DNA of 64,000 bases from a virus (Duplodnaviria > Caudoviricetes): the IMG/VR virus record IMGVR_UViG_3300043473_000069, positions 1 to 64,000 of that record; one strand, written 5' to 3'. This document shows, piece by piece, positions 1 to 8,132 of this stretch; the stretch's first letter is position 1, and every line of letters starts with the position of its first letter. Under the pieces are notes generated by a model. It saw nothing but the letters and a program-made list of their open reading frames with translations. It did not search any database and had not been told where the DNA came from. A program made the translations under genes and the position numbers.

Positions 1-317
1 GAGGCGCACGCCGCTACCGCACCTGGGCAGGGCGGGATCAGGGATGCCCATGGTTATGTGATACGGGCCTGTATCACACGATCCCCTGTGTGGCCCTGTG
101 AGGCCCTGTGAGGGTCGTTTGCGTGCCTCCTGAGCGAAATGGCTGTGTGATACAACTGCACCAAACCCCTGGTAGATGCCCACGTTTCGCACGAAACCCT
201 TGTGGCAACTGGTTGCTAGAAACTTCCCTGATCAGTGTGTGGACTGTGTGATACGGCGGTATGGTGGCACCTCACCCGGCGCACGAGGCGCCGAGCACCA
301 GCCCAGGAGGCACTGCC

Positions 318-1199
318 ATGACGAACCCCACCGGACTCCGCCGCTTCTCACGGGTCATCACGACCAAGCGTGACGGCCGCTGCTACTTCTGCGAGCAGCC
401 CACGACCACGGGCGTGGACTTCGCCGCCGTGAACGCCTCCGGCGCCTGGACGTCGGTGTGCACCACCTGCGCCGCCACCATCGCCGCCCAGGCTGCGGGC
501 CTGGTCGCCAGCATCACCGCCGCCGCTGCTGACCACGAGGTTGACGAGGACGCCATCGTGATGCCCACGACCGAGAACCTGCTCGCCACGCTGCAGGGGA
601 CGGCCTCCGAGGCCCTGAGCTACGACACCGTCCTGGCCCTCATCCTGGCCCGTGACATGGTGCGTGAGCAGGTCAAGCCTGCGCCCGCCGCCCTGCCCTG
701 CATCCCCGACCTGCGGGCCATCGCCGCCGATGCCACCGCCAAGCCTCGTGACCGTGACTTCGCCGCCAGCCTGGTGTCGCAGTACGACCGCAAGGGCTCG
801 CTGTCTGACAAGCAGGTCGCCGCTGCGGCCCAGATGATCGCCCGTGCGGGCAAGGGCGCCGCCCCCATCGCCGCCCTGGTGCCGGGCCTGTACACGCTGG
901 ACGGCGCCATCTGGTGGGTCCGTACGGGGCGCCAGTCTGGCAACACGTACGCCATGCGCCTGCTGTCGGATCCCGATGCGCCGGGCAAGCCTGACTGGGA
1001 GTACGTCCGGGGCGGGCTGTCCACGGTCGCCAACGGTGGCGTGCGGGATGCTGACGGCACCGTCGCCGCCCGCCTGGGCCACGCTGCCCACGCCTGCGTG
1101 TTCTGCGGCACGGCCCTGACCGATGACGGTGACAACCGGTCGGTCAAGGTGGGCTACGGCCCGGTGTGCGCCAACCGCTACGGCCTGCCCTGGGGCTGA
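318..1199 (+). CDS. DUF6011-type zinc-finger domain protein
   Basis: AGGAGG RBS before ATG 318. N-terminal CxxC..CxxC; C-terminal CVFCGTALTD..SVKVGYGPVCA matches the DUF6011 pattern. Confidence 0.75.
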   Translation: MTNPTGLRRFSRVITTKRDGRCYFCEQPTTTGVDFAAVNASGAWTSVCTTCAATIAAQAAGLVASITAAAADHEVDEDAIVMPTTENLLATLQGTASEALSYDTVLALILARDMVREQVKPAPAALPCIPDLRAIAADATAKPRDRDFAASLVSQYDRKGSLSDKQVAAAAQMIARAGKGAAPIAALVPGLYTLDGAIWWVRTGRQSGNTYAMRLLSDPDAPGKPDWEYVRGGLSTVANGGVRDADGTVAARLGHAAHACVFCGTALTDDGDNRSVKVGYGPVCANRYGLPWG

Positions 1200-1207
1200 G
1201 CCCCTGC

Positions 1208-1260
1208 CCATACCGCCGTATCACACGAGTTGTGTGATACGGCGGTGCGGGTGATACACT
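1208..1260. promoter_or_regulatory. Operator palindrome and extended -10 promoter for the helicase gene
   Basis: ACCGCCGTATCACAC-GAGTT-GTGTGATACGGCGGT (15-bp arms, 1212-1246), then TGA-TACACT (TACACT at 1255-1260). Confidence 0.65.
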
Positions 1261-1302
1261 GACCTCTCACTTACCCACCCCGACCCCGATTCGGAGACTG
1301 CC

Positions 1303-2997
1303 ATGCCCCTGTTCGATCCCACCGTCGCCGCTGCTGCTGCAGCGGCCACCGCTGCGCCCACCATCGCTGCGGCCACCGCCATCACGTCCCGTGATGCTGC
1401 CATCGCTGCGTCGTCCGCACTGACCACGCCCAGCCCCATCGTCCCGCCGGGCATGGTGCGCCCGTACCTCGCCCACCAGGGCGCCGCCCACGTCGCCGCC
1501 AACGGCGCCATCGCCCGCCACGGTTGCGCCCTCCTGGGCGATGACATGGGCATGGGCAAGACGCAGGTCCTGTTCGGCCTCGTGGCTGAGCGCATCGCCC
1601 GTGGCGGTTACGCCATCATGATCGCCCCGCCGGTCGCACTGGCGGGCTACCGCTCCGACCTCGCTGCGTCGTTCCCCACGCTCCGCATGGCCCAGATCTC
1701 GGGCCGCAAGCCTGACTTCCGCAACCTGCCGATCGCTGACGTGTACTTCCTCAGTGACGACTCGCTGACCATGGCGGCGTGGCTGACCACGACCACGACC
1801 GAGCAGGTCAAGGGCCGCAGCGTCAAGGTCCAGGCTGCCAACACGTTCGCCACGAACTGCGCCATCCTGACCCGTGACGAGATCCACCGTGACAAGGGCT
1901 CCAGCCCGCAGCAGCCGTCCGGCCGCAGCCGCACCATGCTCGCAGTGGGCGAGGGCCTGCGGGCCGCTGGCATCCCGATCGTGGCTGCCACCGGCACGCT
2001 GCTGACCAACCGCCCCAGCGAGGCCTACCTGCCCCTGCGGGCGATCGGCGGCGACAGCCTGCTCGTGGACATCACGCCCAACGCCCGCAAGGCTTCCGGC
2101 TTCCTCTGGCACTACTGCGCCCCGCAGCACAACGGGTTCGGCACCAACTTCGGGTGCAACTTCGACCGCATGCCCCTGCTCCACGACATGCTCCGCAGCA
2201 CCGTGTACGTGCGCCGTGAGAAGTCCGACCTGGGCGAGGCCCTGCCCCACAGCGGCTGGATCGTCAAGCCCATCGCCCTGAACGGCGTGCTGACCCGGTA
2301 CCGCCGTATCGAGAAGGACTTTCTGAACCTCGTGATGGACGAGCAGGGTCCGGAGGCCATGTGGCGCAAGGCCCGTGCGGAGGCCATCACCCGCATGTCC
2401 GCCATGTGGGAAGAGGCGGGCGTCGCCAAGGTCGCCGCCAGCGCCGAGTACGTCAACGACCTCGTGGCCCAGGGCCGCAAGGTGGTGGTGTTCTACTACC
2501 ACCAGCGCACCTGGGACGGGCTCGCCACGGCGTTCGTCAAGGCTGGCGTGGAGACGTGCACGATCAACGGCGCCGTCACTGGCGAGGCCCGTGTGCGTGC
2601 GATCGCTGACTTCCAGGACGGCACCGCCCAGGTGTGCCTGGCCCAGATCCGAGCGGCTGGCATGGCGGTCACGCTGACCGGCGCCGCCGACGCCGTGTTC
2701 GTCCAGGTCCCCTGGTCGGCCGGTGACCTCAAACAGGCCGCTGACCGCATCCTGCGTGTTGACGACCGCACGATGGCCCGTGCCGCCGCTGGCGAGCGCA
2801 TCACCTGGCACGTCCTGCAGGCGGCGCACGACGACGGCGCCCCGACGTTCGACATGGCGATGTGGGACGTCCTGGAGCGCAAGGCCCAGGTGTGCGACGC
2901 CGTGAACGCTGGCAAGGCCGTGACCATGCCTGACGAGCAGGTGATGCGTGAGGCCCTGACGGCCTGGTTCCCCACGGCGCAGCGCCGCTACGCCTGA
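1303..2997 (+). CDS. SNF2-family (SF2) helicase/ATPase
   Basis: GDDMGMGKT (motif I), DEIH (II), ATGT (III), AAGMAVTLT (V), QAADRILR (VI); GGAG RBS. Confidence 0.9.
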   Translation: MPLFDPTVAAAAAAATAAPTIAAATAITSRDAAIAASSALTTPSPIVPPGMVRPYLAHQGAAHVAANGAIARHGCALLGDDMGMGKTQVLFGLVAERIARGGYAIMIAPPVALAGYRSDLAASFPTLRMAQISGRKPDFRNLPIADVYFLSDDSLTMAAWLTTTTTEQVKGRSVKVQAANTFATNCAILTRDEIHRDKGSSPQQPSGRSRTMLAVGEGLRAAGIPIVAATGTLLTNRPSEAYLPLRAIGGDSLLVDITPNARKASGFLWHYCAPQHNGFGTNFGCNFDRMPLLHDMLRSTVYVRREKSDLGEALPHSGWIVKPIALNGVLTRYRRIEKDFLNLVMDEQGPEAMWRKARAEAITRMSAMWEEAGVAKVAASAEYVNDLVAQGRKVVVFYYHQRTWDGLATAFVKAGVETCTINGAVTGEARVRAIADFQDGTAQVCLAQIRAAGMAVTLTGAADAVFVQVPWSAGDLKQAADRILRVDDRTMARAAAGERITWHVLQAAHDDGAPTFDMAMWDVLERKAQVCDAVNAGKAVTMPDEQVMREALTAWFPTAQRRYA

Positions 2998-3011
2998 CGC
3001 AGCACCCCCAC

Positions 3012-3044
3012 GAGAGCCCCGGCCCCACGGCCGGGGCTCTTCTG
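3012..3044 (+). terminator. Intrinsic terminator after helicase
   Basis: AGAGCCCCGGCC-CCAC-GGCCGGGGCTCT followed by TCT. Confidence 0.7.
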
Positions 3045-3441
3045 CGTTCACGGGCTCGCACGCTACACCTGCGCCTGGCCCGTGTTGATAGCAACTGACC
3101 AGGCACGATCCACGCATAGGCCCCTAGCAGGCCCGTAGAGCCACGACACCCCCTCTCAGCCCCAACGTGCGCCTGACTCCTGTTGCTAGCAACACAGCGC
3201 ACTGTAGGCACCAATCAGGGCCTCCTAGGGCATAGGGCGGTATGGGCGCTACGTGCCTGGTCACTGCGCCATGACAGCGACGCACTCACACCATGCGAGC
3301 GCCGCACTGTCACCGCCCCAGCGGTACACCCCCTGGCCCACCGCCCTGGGCGCCGCACCTGGCGGCTGAGTCAACCTCTCATGGCAGCACTCATGAGCAC
3401 CTGACTGGTTACTCGCACGCCACCGTGCACCCCTCAACACC

Positions 3442-3700
3442 TACGCATGCGTACAGCGACTCGCCTATTGGCGAGTGCGCTTGTCGTGCTTATGGCGCTA
3501 TGCGCTAAGGGACATGCGTCCGTTAGCCGTCATCATGGCGTTCCACGCCATGAGTTACTAGCAAATGGAGCAGGCTACGCATGCTCCATTCAGTTGATAG
3601 CGGCATACGCCGCTATCAGTTACTAGCAAATGGTGCCCCGCAAGGGGCACCATTAAGATCAAATACGCCCCCCCAGGGGCGTAGCACCCCCGTGTAGGGG
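3442..3700. repeat. Tandem array of 7-8 perfect hairpins with an internal 16-bp direct repeat
   Basis: Stems at 3442-3453, 3459-3476, 3533-3553, 3564-3590, 3595-3618, 3629-3654 and 3664-3683; AGTTACTAGCAAATGG at 3553 and 3618. Confidence 0.85.
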
Positions 3701-3741
3701 ATGACGAGTTGACAGTGTGGGCGTCGTGCGAGTCGTGCCCC

Positions 3742-4182
3742 ATGTCCCTTAGGGCGTTCCTAGCAACTAGGCTCCCCAACATGCGGAAATGTCCAAAGTG
3801 TGGTATCAGCCGTGAGGAGATGGACTTCCTCAACCAAGCCGGTGTCCTCGTGAAGCGCTGTGTCCGTTGCCGCTCCCAGGGCGTCCGGGATCCCGTAACC
3901 GCTGCCCGAGAGAAGGCGTACCGCCAGGGGCTACGGAAGCAGGTCTTCGACCACTACGGCTGGAGTTGCCAGTGCTGCGGCGAGGACGAGCCCATCTTCC
4001 TCACCATCGACCACGTCAACAACGACGGGCACGAGGCCCGCAAGTTGGGCTTGAAGGGTGGCGGCTACACGTACCGGCTGATCATCCGTGCTGGGTTCCC
4101 GGACACGTACCAGGTGCTGTGCTTCAACTGCAATCGGGGCCGCTGGCTCAACGGCGGCGTGTGTCCACACCAGATGCCCTAA
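3742..4182 (+). CDS. HNH endonuclease with zinc fingers (start uncertain: 3742 or 3781)
   Basis: CPKC..CVRC, then CQCCG..LTIDHVNNDG..QVLCFNCN, the typical phage HNH pattern. Confidence 0.85.
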   Translation: MSLRAFLATRLPNMRKCPKCGISREEMDFLNQAGVLVKRCVRCRSQGVRDPVTAAREKAYRQGLRKQVFDHYGWSCQCCGEDEPIFLTIDHVNNDGHEARKLGLKGGGYTYRLIIRAGFPDTYQVLCFNCNRGRWLNGGVCPHQMP

Positions 4183-4244
4183 GGGACATCGTGTTGCGGG
4201 CGGTGAAGTGCACGGTGTGAAGCGTCATGACGGAATAGCCTGGG

Positions 4245-4652
4245 GTGGTGAGGGTGCTGGCCGCTGCGGCGTTGACGTTGCTGGCGCAGTGTGCGCCGAC
4301 GTGCGGGGCTGGGCCGGGGCAGATCTCGTGGGAGGGGCGACCGGCCGTTGGGGTGGTGGCGATGAACGGTCAGCCGTTGAGTGATGTCCAGGCGGCGCTG
4401 GACCGGGGGCTGGTGGTGGACATCGGCTACGAGGGGCACCATCACGTCGCCGGTCACTACAGCAGCCATGGCAGCGTGTTCGCCGCCGGGCCGAACCTGG
4501 ACCCTGGCGAGGACGTGTGGTTCGACGGTGAGGCCTACACGGTCACGGGACGGGAGTCGGCACCGGCCGGGGCCAAGGTGGTCTTCACCGAGGGCCTGAC
4601 CGTGCAGTACAGCGGGTGCGGCGGGGCCTGTCTGGTGCGAGCCCGCCCTTAG
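4245..4652 (+). CDS. Secreted sortase-fold protein (divergent)
   Basis: Signal peptide; VAGHYSSHGSVF..NLDPGEDV..YTVTG..LTVQYSGC..LVRA follows the sortase order AGH..F..L..GD..Y.V..LTLxTC..V.A. Confidence 0.55.
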   Translation: MVRVLAAAALTLLAQCAPTCGAGPGQISWEGRPAVGVVAMNGQPLSDVQAALDRGLVVDIGYEGHHHVAGHYSSHGSVFAAGPNLDPGEDVWFDGEAYTVTGRESAPAGAKVVFTEGLTVQYSGCGGACLVRARP

Positions 4653-4721
4653 GGACATGAGAGGCTGGACCTGGAACAACGGGCGTGGAGCACGGATCGG
4701 GACCCCTGAGTGGGAGGCACG

Positions 4722-4886
4722 ATGGACTTGCACCCGTTGGTCGAGCACGAGTGGAGAGAGGATCACTGCCTGAGTCGGCGGAGTCTGATCTGGATCCACG
4801 AGCACGCCGAGCCGGGGGACCCGCACCCGCTGCAGACGGCGATCGACCAGTTGCGGGCTGAGCGAGTTGACAGGCTGACGCCCTAG
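4722..4886 (+). CDS. Hypothetical protein (54 aa)
   Basis: GGAGG RBS, ATG to TAG; below the ORF-track length cut-off. Confidence 0.45.
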   Translation: MDLHPLVEHEWREDHCLSRRSLIWIHEHAEPGDPHPLQTAIDQLRAERVDRLTP

Positions 4887-4947
4887 AGTCCTCGGATGGT
4901 GAAGGACCCACAGGCGTGGATCCAACGGAGCAAGCATCGGAGCACAG

Positions 4948-5103
4948 GTGAAGAGGATCGGGAAGTGGATGTTGGTGTGGGTGGCGGCGAGCTTCGCCTT
5001 CACGGCGGCGTGGTCGCTGCTGATGTCGATGAGCAAGGGCTTGGAGACACAGCCTGACCGTCATCCGGGCACGGGCTACCTGCGGAGCGGGGGTGGCTGG
5101 TGA
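4948..5103 (+). CDS. Small membrane protein
   Basis: GGAG RBS and GTG start; hydrophobic WMLVWVAASFAFTAAWSLL; GTGA overlap with the next gene. Confidence 0.5.
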   Translation: MKRIGKWMLVWVAASFAFTAAWSLLMSMSKGLETQPDRHPGTGYLRSGGGW

Positions 5104-5429
5104 GGACGCTGGGACTGCTCTCGATGGTGGGCATCTTGCTGTGGGGCTGCTCCGACGACGACAGCAACGCCAGGGCCGACCTCCCGGCCACCAACCAGAT
5201 GAACGACGTGTCGGCCTCGATGACCGTCGTCTTCCCGGACGGCTATCCGAACTCGACGCACAAGTGCGTCACGCTCGCTGGCGTGGTCACCGGCATCTGG
5301 ACGACGACCGACCGCACGGTGATCTGGATCTACAACGACTGGGCCTGTGAGGGCGCCAACGTGGAGAAGGACATGACCGTGATCAACGGCGTGCCCCGAG
5401 CGATCGTGAATGCGACCAGCGGTGGCTGA
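5100..5429 (+). CDS. Putative lipoprotein
   Basis: Hydrophobic leader ending ILLWGC (lipobox-like), followed by a polar linker. Confidence 0.65.
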   Translation: MRTLGLLSMVGILLWGCSDDDSNARADLPATNQMNDVSASMTVVFPDGYPNSTHKCVTLAGVVTGIWTTTDRTVIWIYNDWACEGANVEKDMTVINGVPRAIVNATSGG

Positions 5430-5658
5430 CGAACCGCCGTCCATCAGACAGGTCACCCCCGAGGAGGGGCGAGAGGTCTTGCGTGGGCTGATCGAGGATT
5501 ATCAGCGGTTGTCGTCTGATGAACCGCCTCGCTGCCGCCATGCAGCCGCCGGGGCTACCGGGCCAGTGTTGTTCTGCGTGCTGCCTCGTGGTCACGATGA
5601 GCCGCACCGTGATGCGAGCGGTGCGGAATGGACGGAGAGGCTGACCGATGTCCAGTGA
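5422..5658 (+). CDS. Hypothetical protein with C..C..H..H motif
   Basis: Overlaps both neighbours; FCVLPRGHDEPH motif. Confidence 0.55.
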   Translation: MADEPPSIRQVTPEEGREVLRGLIEDYQRLSSDEPPRCRHAAAGATGPVLFCVLPRGHDEPHRDASGAEWTERLTDVQ

Positions 5659-5782
5659 CGGACCGGTGGGTGAGTGCGCCAACTGCGAGCGCTGCACCTG
5701 GAACCCCGGTCCTGACTGCGGGCGCCGTGAGCACCCGCACTGCGAGCGCTGCGGCCACTGCCGAGGTCGCCATGCCGCTTGA
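5648..5782 (+). CDS. Small Cys/His-rich protein (44 aa)
   Basis: MSSDGPVGECANCERCTWNPGPDCGRREHPHCERCGHCRGRHAA; GGAGAGG upstream. Confidence 0.5.
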   Translation: MSSDGPVGECANCERCTWNPGPDCGRREHPHCERCGHCRGRHAA

Positions 5783-6065
5783 GTACGACTTCGACGTGCC
5801 CTCGGTCTGCCCCTGGTGCGGCTTTGAGAACGAGGCCATGGCGAACATGACCGGCACCGAGCGGCCCACGGACGGGGACGTGACGATGTGCATGGAGTGT
5901 GGGATCCTGGGGGTCGTGGATACCGCCTCCCCCACCGGGCTCCGCAAACCCAACCCCATCGAGCGAGCCGAGTTCCTGAGGGACCCGGACATCAAGAAGA
6001 TGCTGTGGGCCTGGCAGATCGTTGACGATCAGCGTCGTGCCGCCCGCCGACGACACTCCCCCTGA
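5772..6065 (+). CDS. Zinc-ribbon protein
   Basis: GAGG RBS; CPWC..CMEC pairs. Confidence 0.6.
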   Translation: MPLEYDFDVPSVCPWCGFENEAMANMTGTERPTDGDVTMCMECGILGVVDTASPTGLRKPNPIERAEFLRDPDIKKMLWAWQIVDDQRRAARRRHSP

Positions 6066-6275
6066 CGGCATCCCACCCCCCGAAGAGCCCAGCGACTACG
6101 CCTGGCTGCTTGGGGGGCTGTTGGCGTTCTTCCTCGTCCTCGGCCTGCTGTTCTCCTGGCTCTGGTGACCTGAACATCGTCTGAACACTGGGCGCTACGT
6201 AACCGGGCTATGGGCGCTGGTATCGGCCTATCAGACGATGCGTCAAAGGTTCGGAATCGTTGTAGTGTGTGATAC

Positions 6276-6770
6276 ATGGACAACGACGAAGACGAGTACG
6301 AGGAGTGGACGCCCGAGCAGGAGGTCGAGGACATCTTCCAGCGTGTGACGCAGCAGACGCTGTCGGGGATCTGGCTGTGGACCCGGAACCGGGACGGTGA
6401 GGAGGCGCCCAGCCCGGAGATGATGGAGGCGCTGATCCAGCGCATCTGCGACGCCATCACCCCCGAGGCCGTGGAGGACTTCCGGCTGATGCGCCAGGCC
6501 GAGGATCAGCGGCGCATCGAGCAGCAGACCGTCAAGGAGACGGCGGTCGTGCGGAAGCCGAACGACATCGGCGCCACCTGGCACCGGCCGCTGACCGAGC
6601 ACACCGTCGTGTGCGGGAAGCCGATCCCCGAGAACGCCGCCACGGGTGACATCGGTGACCCCGACGTCCACCGGACGTTCCTCTGTCGTGCCTGCCTCCG
6701 TGCGGGCGACAACCTGCACAGCCTGCGGGTGCGGCGGCAGATGAAGGAGAGCCGTCTGCGTCGGGGCTGA
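6276..6770 (+). CDS. Hypothetical protein, C-terminal zinc-binding motif, probably leaderless
   Basis: H..C..CxxC; -10-like TAGTGT 7 nt before the ATG. Confidence 0.65.
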   Translation: MDNDEDEYEEWTPEQEVEDIFQRVTQQTLSGIWLWTRNRDGEEAPSPEMMEALIQRICDAITPEAVEDFRLMRQAEDQRRIEQQTVKETAVVRKPNDIGATWHRPLTEHTVVCGKPIPENAATGDIGDPDVHRTFLCRACLRAGDNLHSLRVRRQMKESRLRRG

Positions 6771-6885
6771 CACCTGGTGTCTGAAACGCGATACCCAGCG
6801 GTGAGCTAAACTCCCGCTGGGGATCACGAAAGACCAGGTCAGAGCCTACGGGGAAGAAGAATCTGTCCAGTTGCTAAGAACTAGG

Positions 6886-6914
6886 TTGCGTTGACAGACA
6901 ACACCCGCTAGTGT
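6886..6914 (+). promoter_or_regulatory. SigA-type promoter
   Basis: TTGCGT-N17-TAGTGT, overlapped by GTGTCATAC and preceded by GTTGCTAAGAAC. Confidence 0.55.
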
Positions 6915-6967
6915 CATACAAATCGAGACGCCGGACCCCCCGGCACGGAGAACCCGAAGGAGCAAAC

Positions 6968-7867
6968 TTGACCCGGATCACACTTCCGTCCTCACAGGAG
7001 GACGCCGTCGAGAAGATGGGAGGCATCGCCTCGCTGCTCGACAAGAACGGCTGGAAGGCTGGGGCGTTCATCGCTTCGGCTTGCAAGCCGGGCACCGCCG
7101 GTTGGAAGCAATCGGCCACATCTGGCCGATTGAGCTTCACGGCCTTCGCCAAGGCGCTCGACGCCAAGGGCTGGTCGAAGACCATCATCAACCGCCACTT
7201 CGTGGCGTGGGAGGCTGCGGCCGATGCGGGCATCGTCCCGCATGCCGACGAACTCGCCTACGGCGAGGCCGTCGAGGTCCCGACCGATGGTTGGTCGGAG
7301 TTCTACCCCCCGGCCTGGCAGAGCGCCGAGAACGCCGACGACATCGCCGCTGCGGCGGCGGAGGCGGGCATCGGTGGCAGCAAGGTCCACGACATCGCCA
7401 AGAACCCCTCGGCGTTGGCGGCGGCGATCAAGGCCAGCCCCAAGGCCCGTGAGGCCGCTGCGGCGGCGTTGAAGGGCACGCAGGAGGCGACGGAGATCGC
7501 CGCCGACGTCATGTCCAGCCCGGAGCAGGCCGAGGTCGTCATCGGTGACCCCGTCGTGTACGAGTCGGTCATCACGGCCCAGGGTCGGCACCTCGCCGGT
7601 CAGCGCAAGGCACACACGCCCACCACCCGCCCCAGCGGGACCGGTCGTGTCGTCGGCGTCGGCTCGATCCTCACCCTCGGTGTCCTCTTGGACAACATGC
7701 GGTCGGACATCGACAAGCTGGCCCACTTCGTGGACGGCGGACTGGAAGAGGACGCCAAGGAGATCGTCGTCAACTTCCTCCGGGAAGAGGCGCTGCTGAT
7801 CCTCACCGGCCTGCTCGACCACCCGACGCTCACGGGCGTCGAACTGCGGCCCGAGGACTTCGCCTGA
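6968..7867 (+). CDS. Hypothetical protein (helical, Ala-rich)
   Basis: GAAGGAG RBS before TTG 6968; strong GC3 bias. Confidence 0.75.
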   Translation: MTRITLPSSQEDAVEKMGGIASLLDKNGWKAGAFIASACKPGTAGWKQSATSGRLSFTAFAKALDAKGWSKTIINRHFVAWEAAADAGIVPHADELAYGEAVEVPTDGWSEFYPPAWQSAENADDIAAAAAEAGIGGSKVHDIAKNPSALAAAIKASPKAREAAAAALKGTQEATEIAADVMSSPEQAEVVIGDPVVYESVITAQGRHLAGQRKAHTPTTRPSGTGRVVGVGSILTLGVLLDNMRSDIDKLAHFVDGGLEEDAKEIVVNFLREEALLILTGLLDHPTLTGVELRPEDFA

Positions 7868-8022
7868 TGGCGACGAACACGGGCCTGCGAGGCCAACTCA
7901 ACGGCACCCTCGACGTCCTCGACGCCATGGGTCCCGAGGCTGAGAAGGAGGACTACGAGTTCGTCCTCAGCCTCTTCCAGGAACTGGTCGATGACGACTC
8001 CCTTTGGGAGGACGAGGCCTGA
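7867..8022 (+). CDS. Small acidic protein (51 aa)
   Basis: TGATG coupling to the previous gene; coding-type codon usage. Confidence 0.6.
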   Translation: MATNTGLRGQLNGTLDVLDAMGPEAEKEDYEFVLSLFQELVDDDSLWEDEA

Positions 8023-8063
8023 CCTCCGTGGTACCTCGGTATCACACAGCCCTACCCGAGTAA

Positions 8064-8092
8064 GGGGGCCGGTGCGTCAACACCGGCCCCCC
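8064..8092 (+). terminator. Hairpin, probable terminator
   Basis: GGGGGCCGGTG-CGTCAA-CACCGGCCCCC. Confidence 0.5.
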
Positions 8093-8132
8093 GAGTGAGT
8101 CCCCTTATCCACAGACAACTCAGGAGGCAATT

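Noticed and set aside
57-78. CRP site from TGTGA..TCACA
   Set aside because: The spacer is 12 bp rather than 6, and most copies of the motif are unpaired.
184-197. parS-like GTTTCGCACGAAAC
   Set aside because: Only 11/14 match to GTTTCACGTGAAAC, single copy, broken central symmetry; the ParB-like protein lacks an HTH.
1267-3117. Long minus-strand ORFs (this one, 14464-15576, 22620-23969, 29993-31636, 43405-44739 and others)
   Set aside because: Antisense shadows of high-GC3 plus-strand genes; no RBS or recognisable motifs.
3553-3633. CRISPR-like mini-array from the AGTTACTAGCAAATGG repeat
   Set aside because: Only two 16-bp copies, the spacer is itself made of hairpins, and no cas genes are present.
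3742-4182. IscB/HEARO-type RNA-guided nuclease
   Set aside because: The protein is under 160 aa with no PLMP or RuvC motifs; it is an ordinary phage HNH. An RNA association remains only a hypothesis.
8105-8113. Perfect DnaA box TTATCCACA
   Set aside because: Single copy with no cluster or AT-rich unwinding element; cannot be separated from chance.
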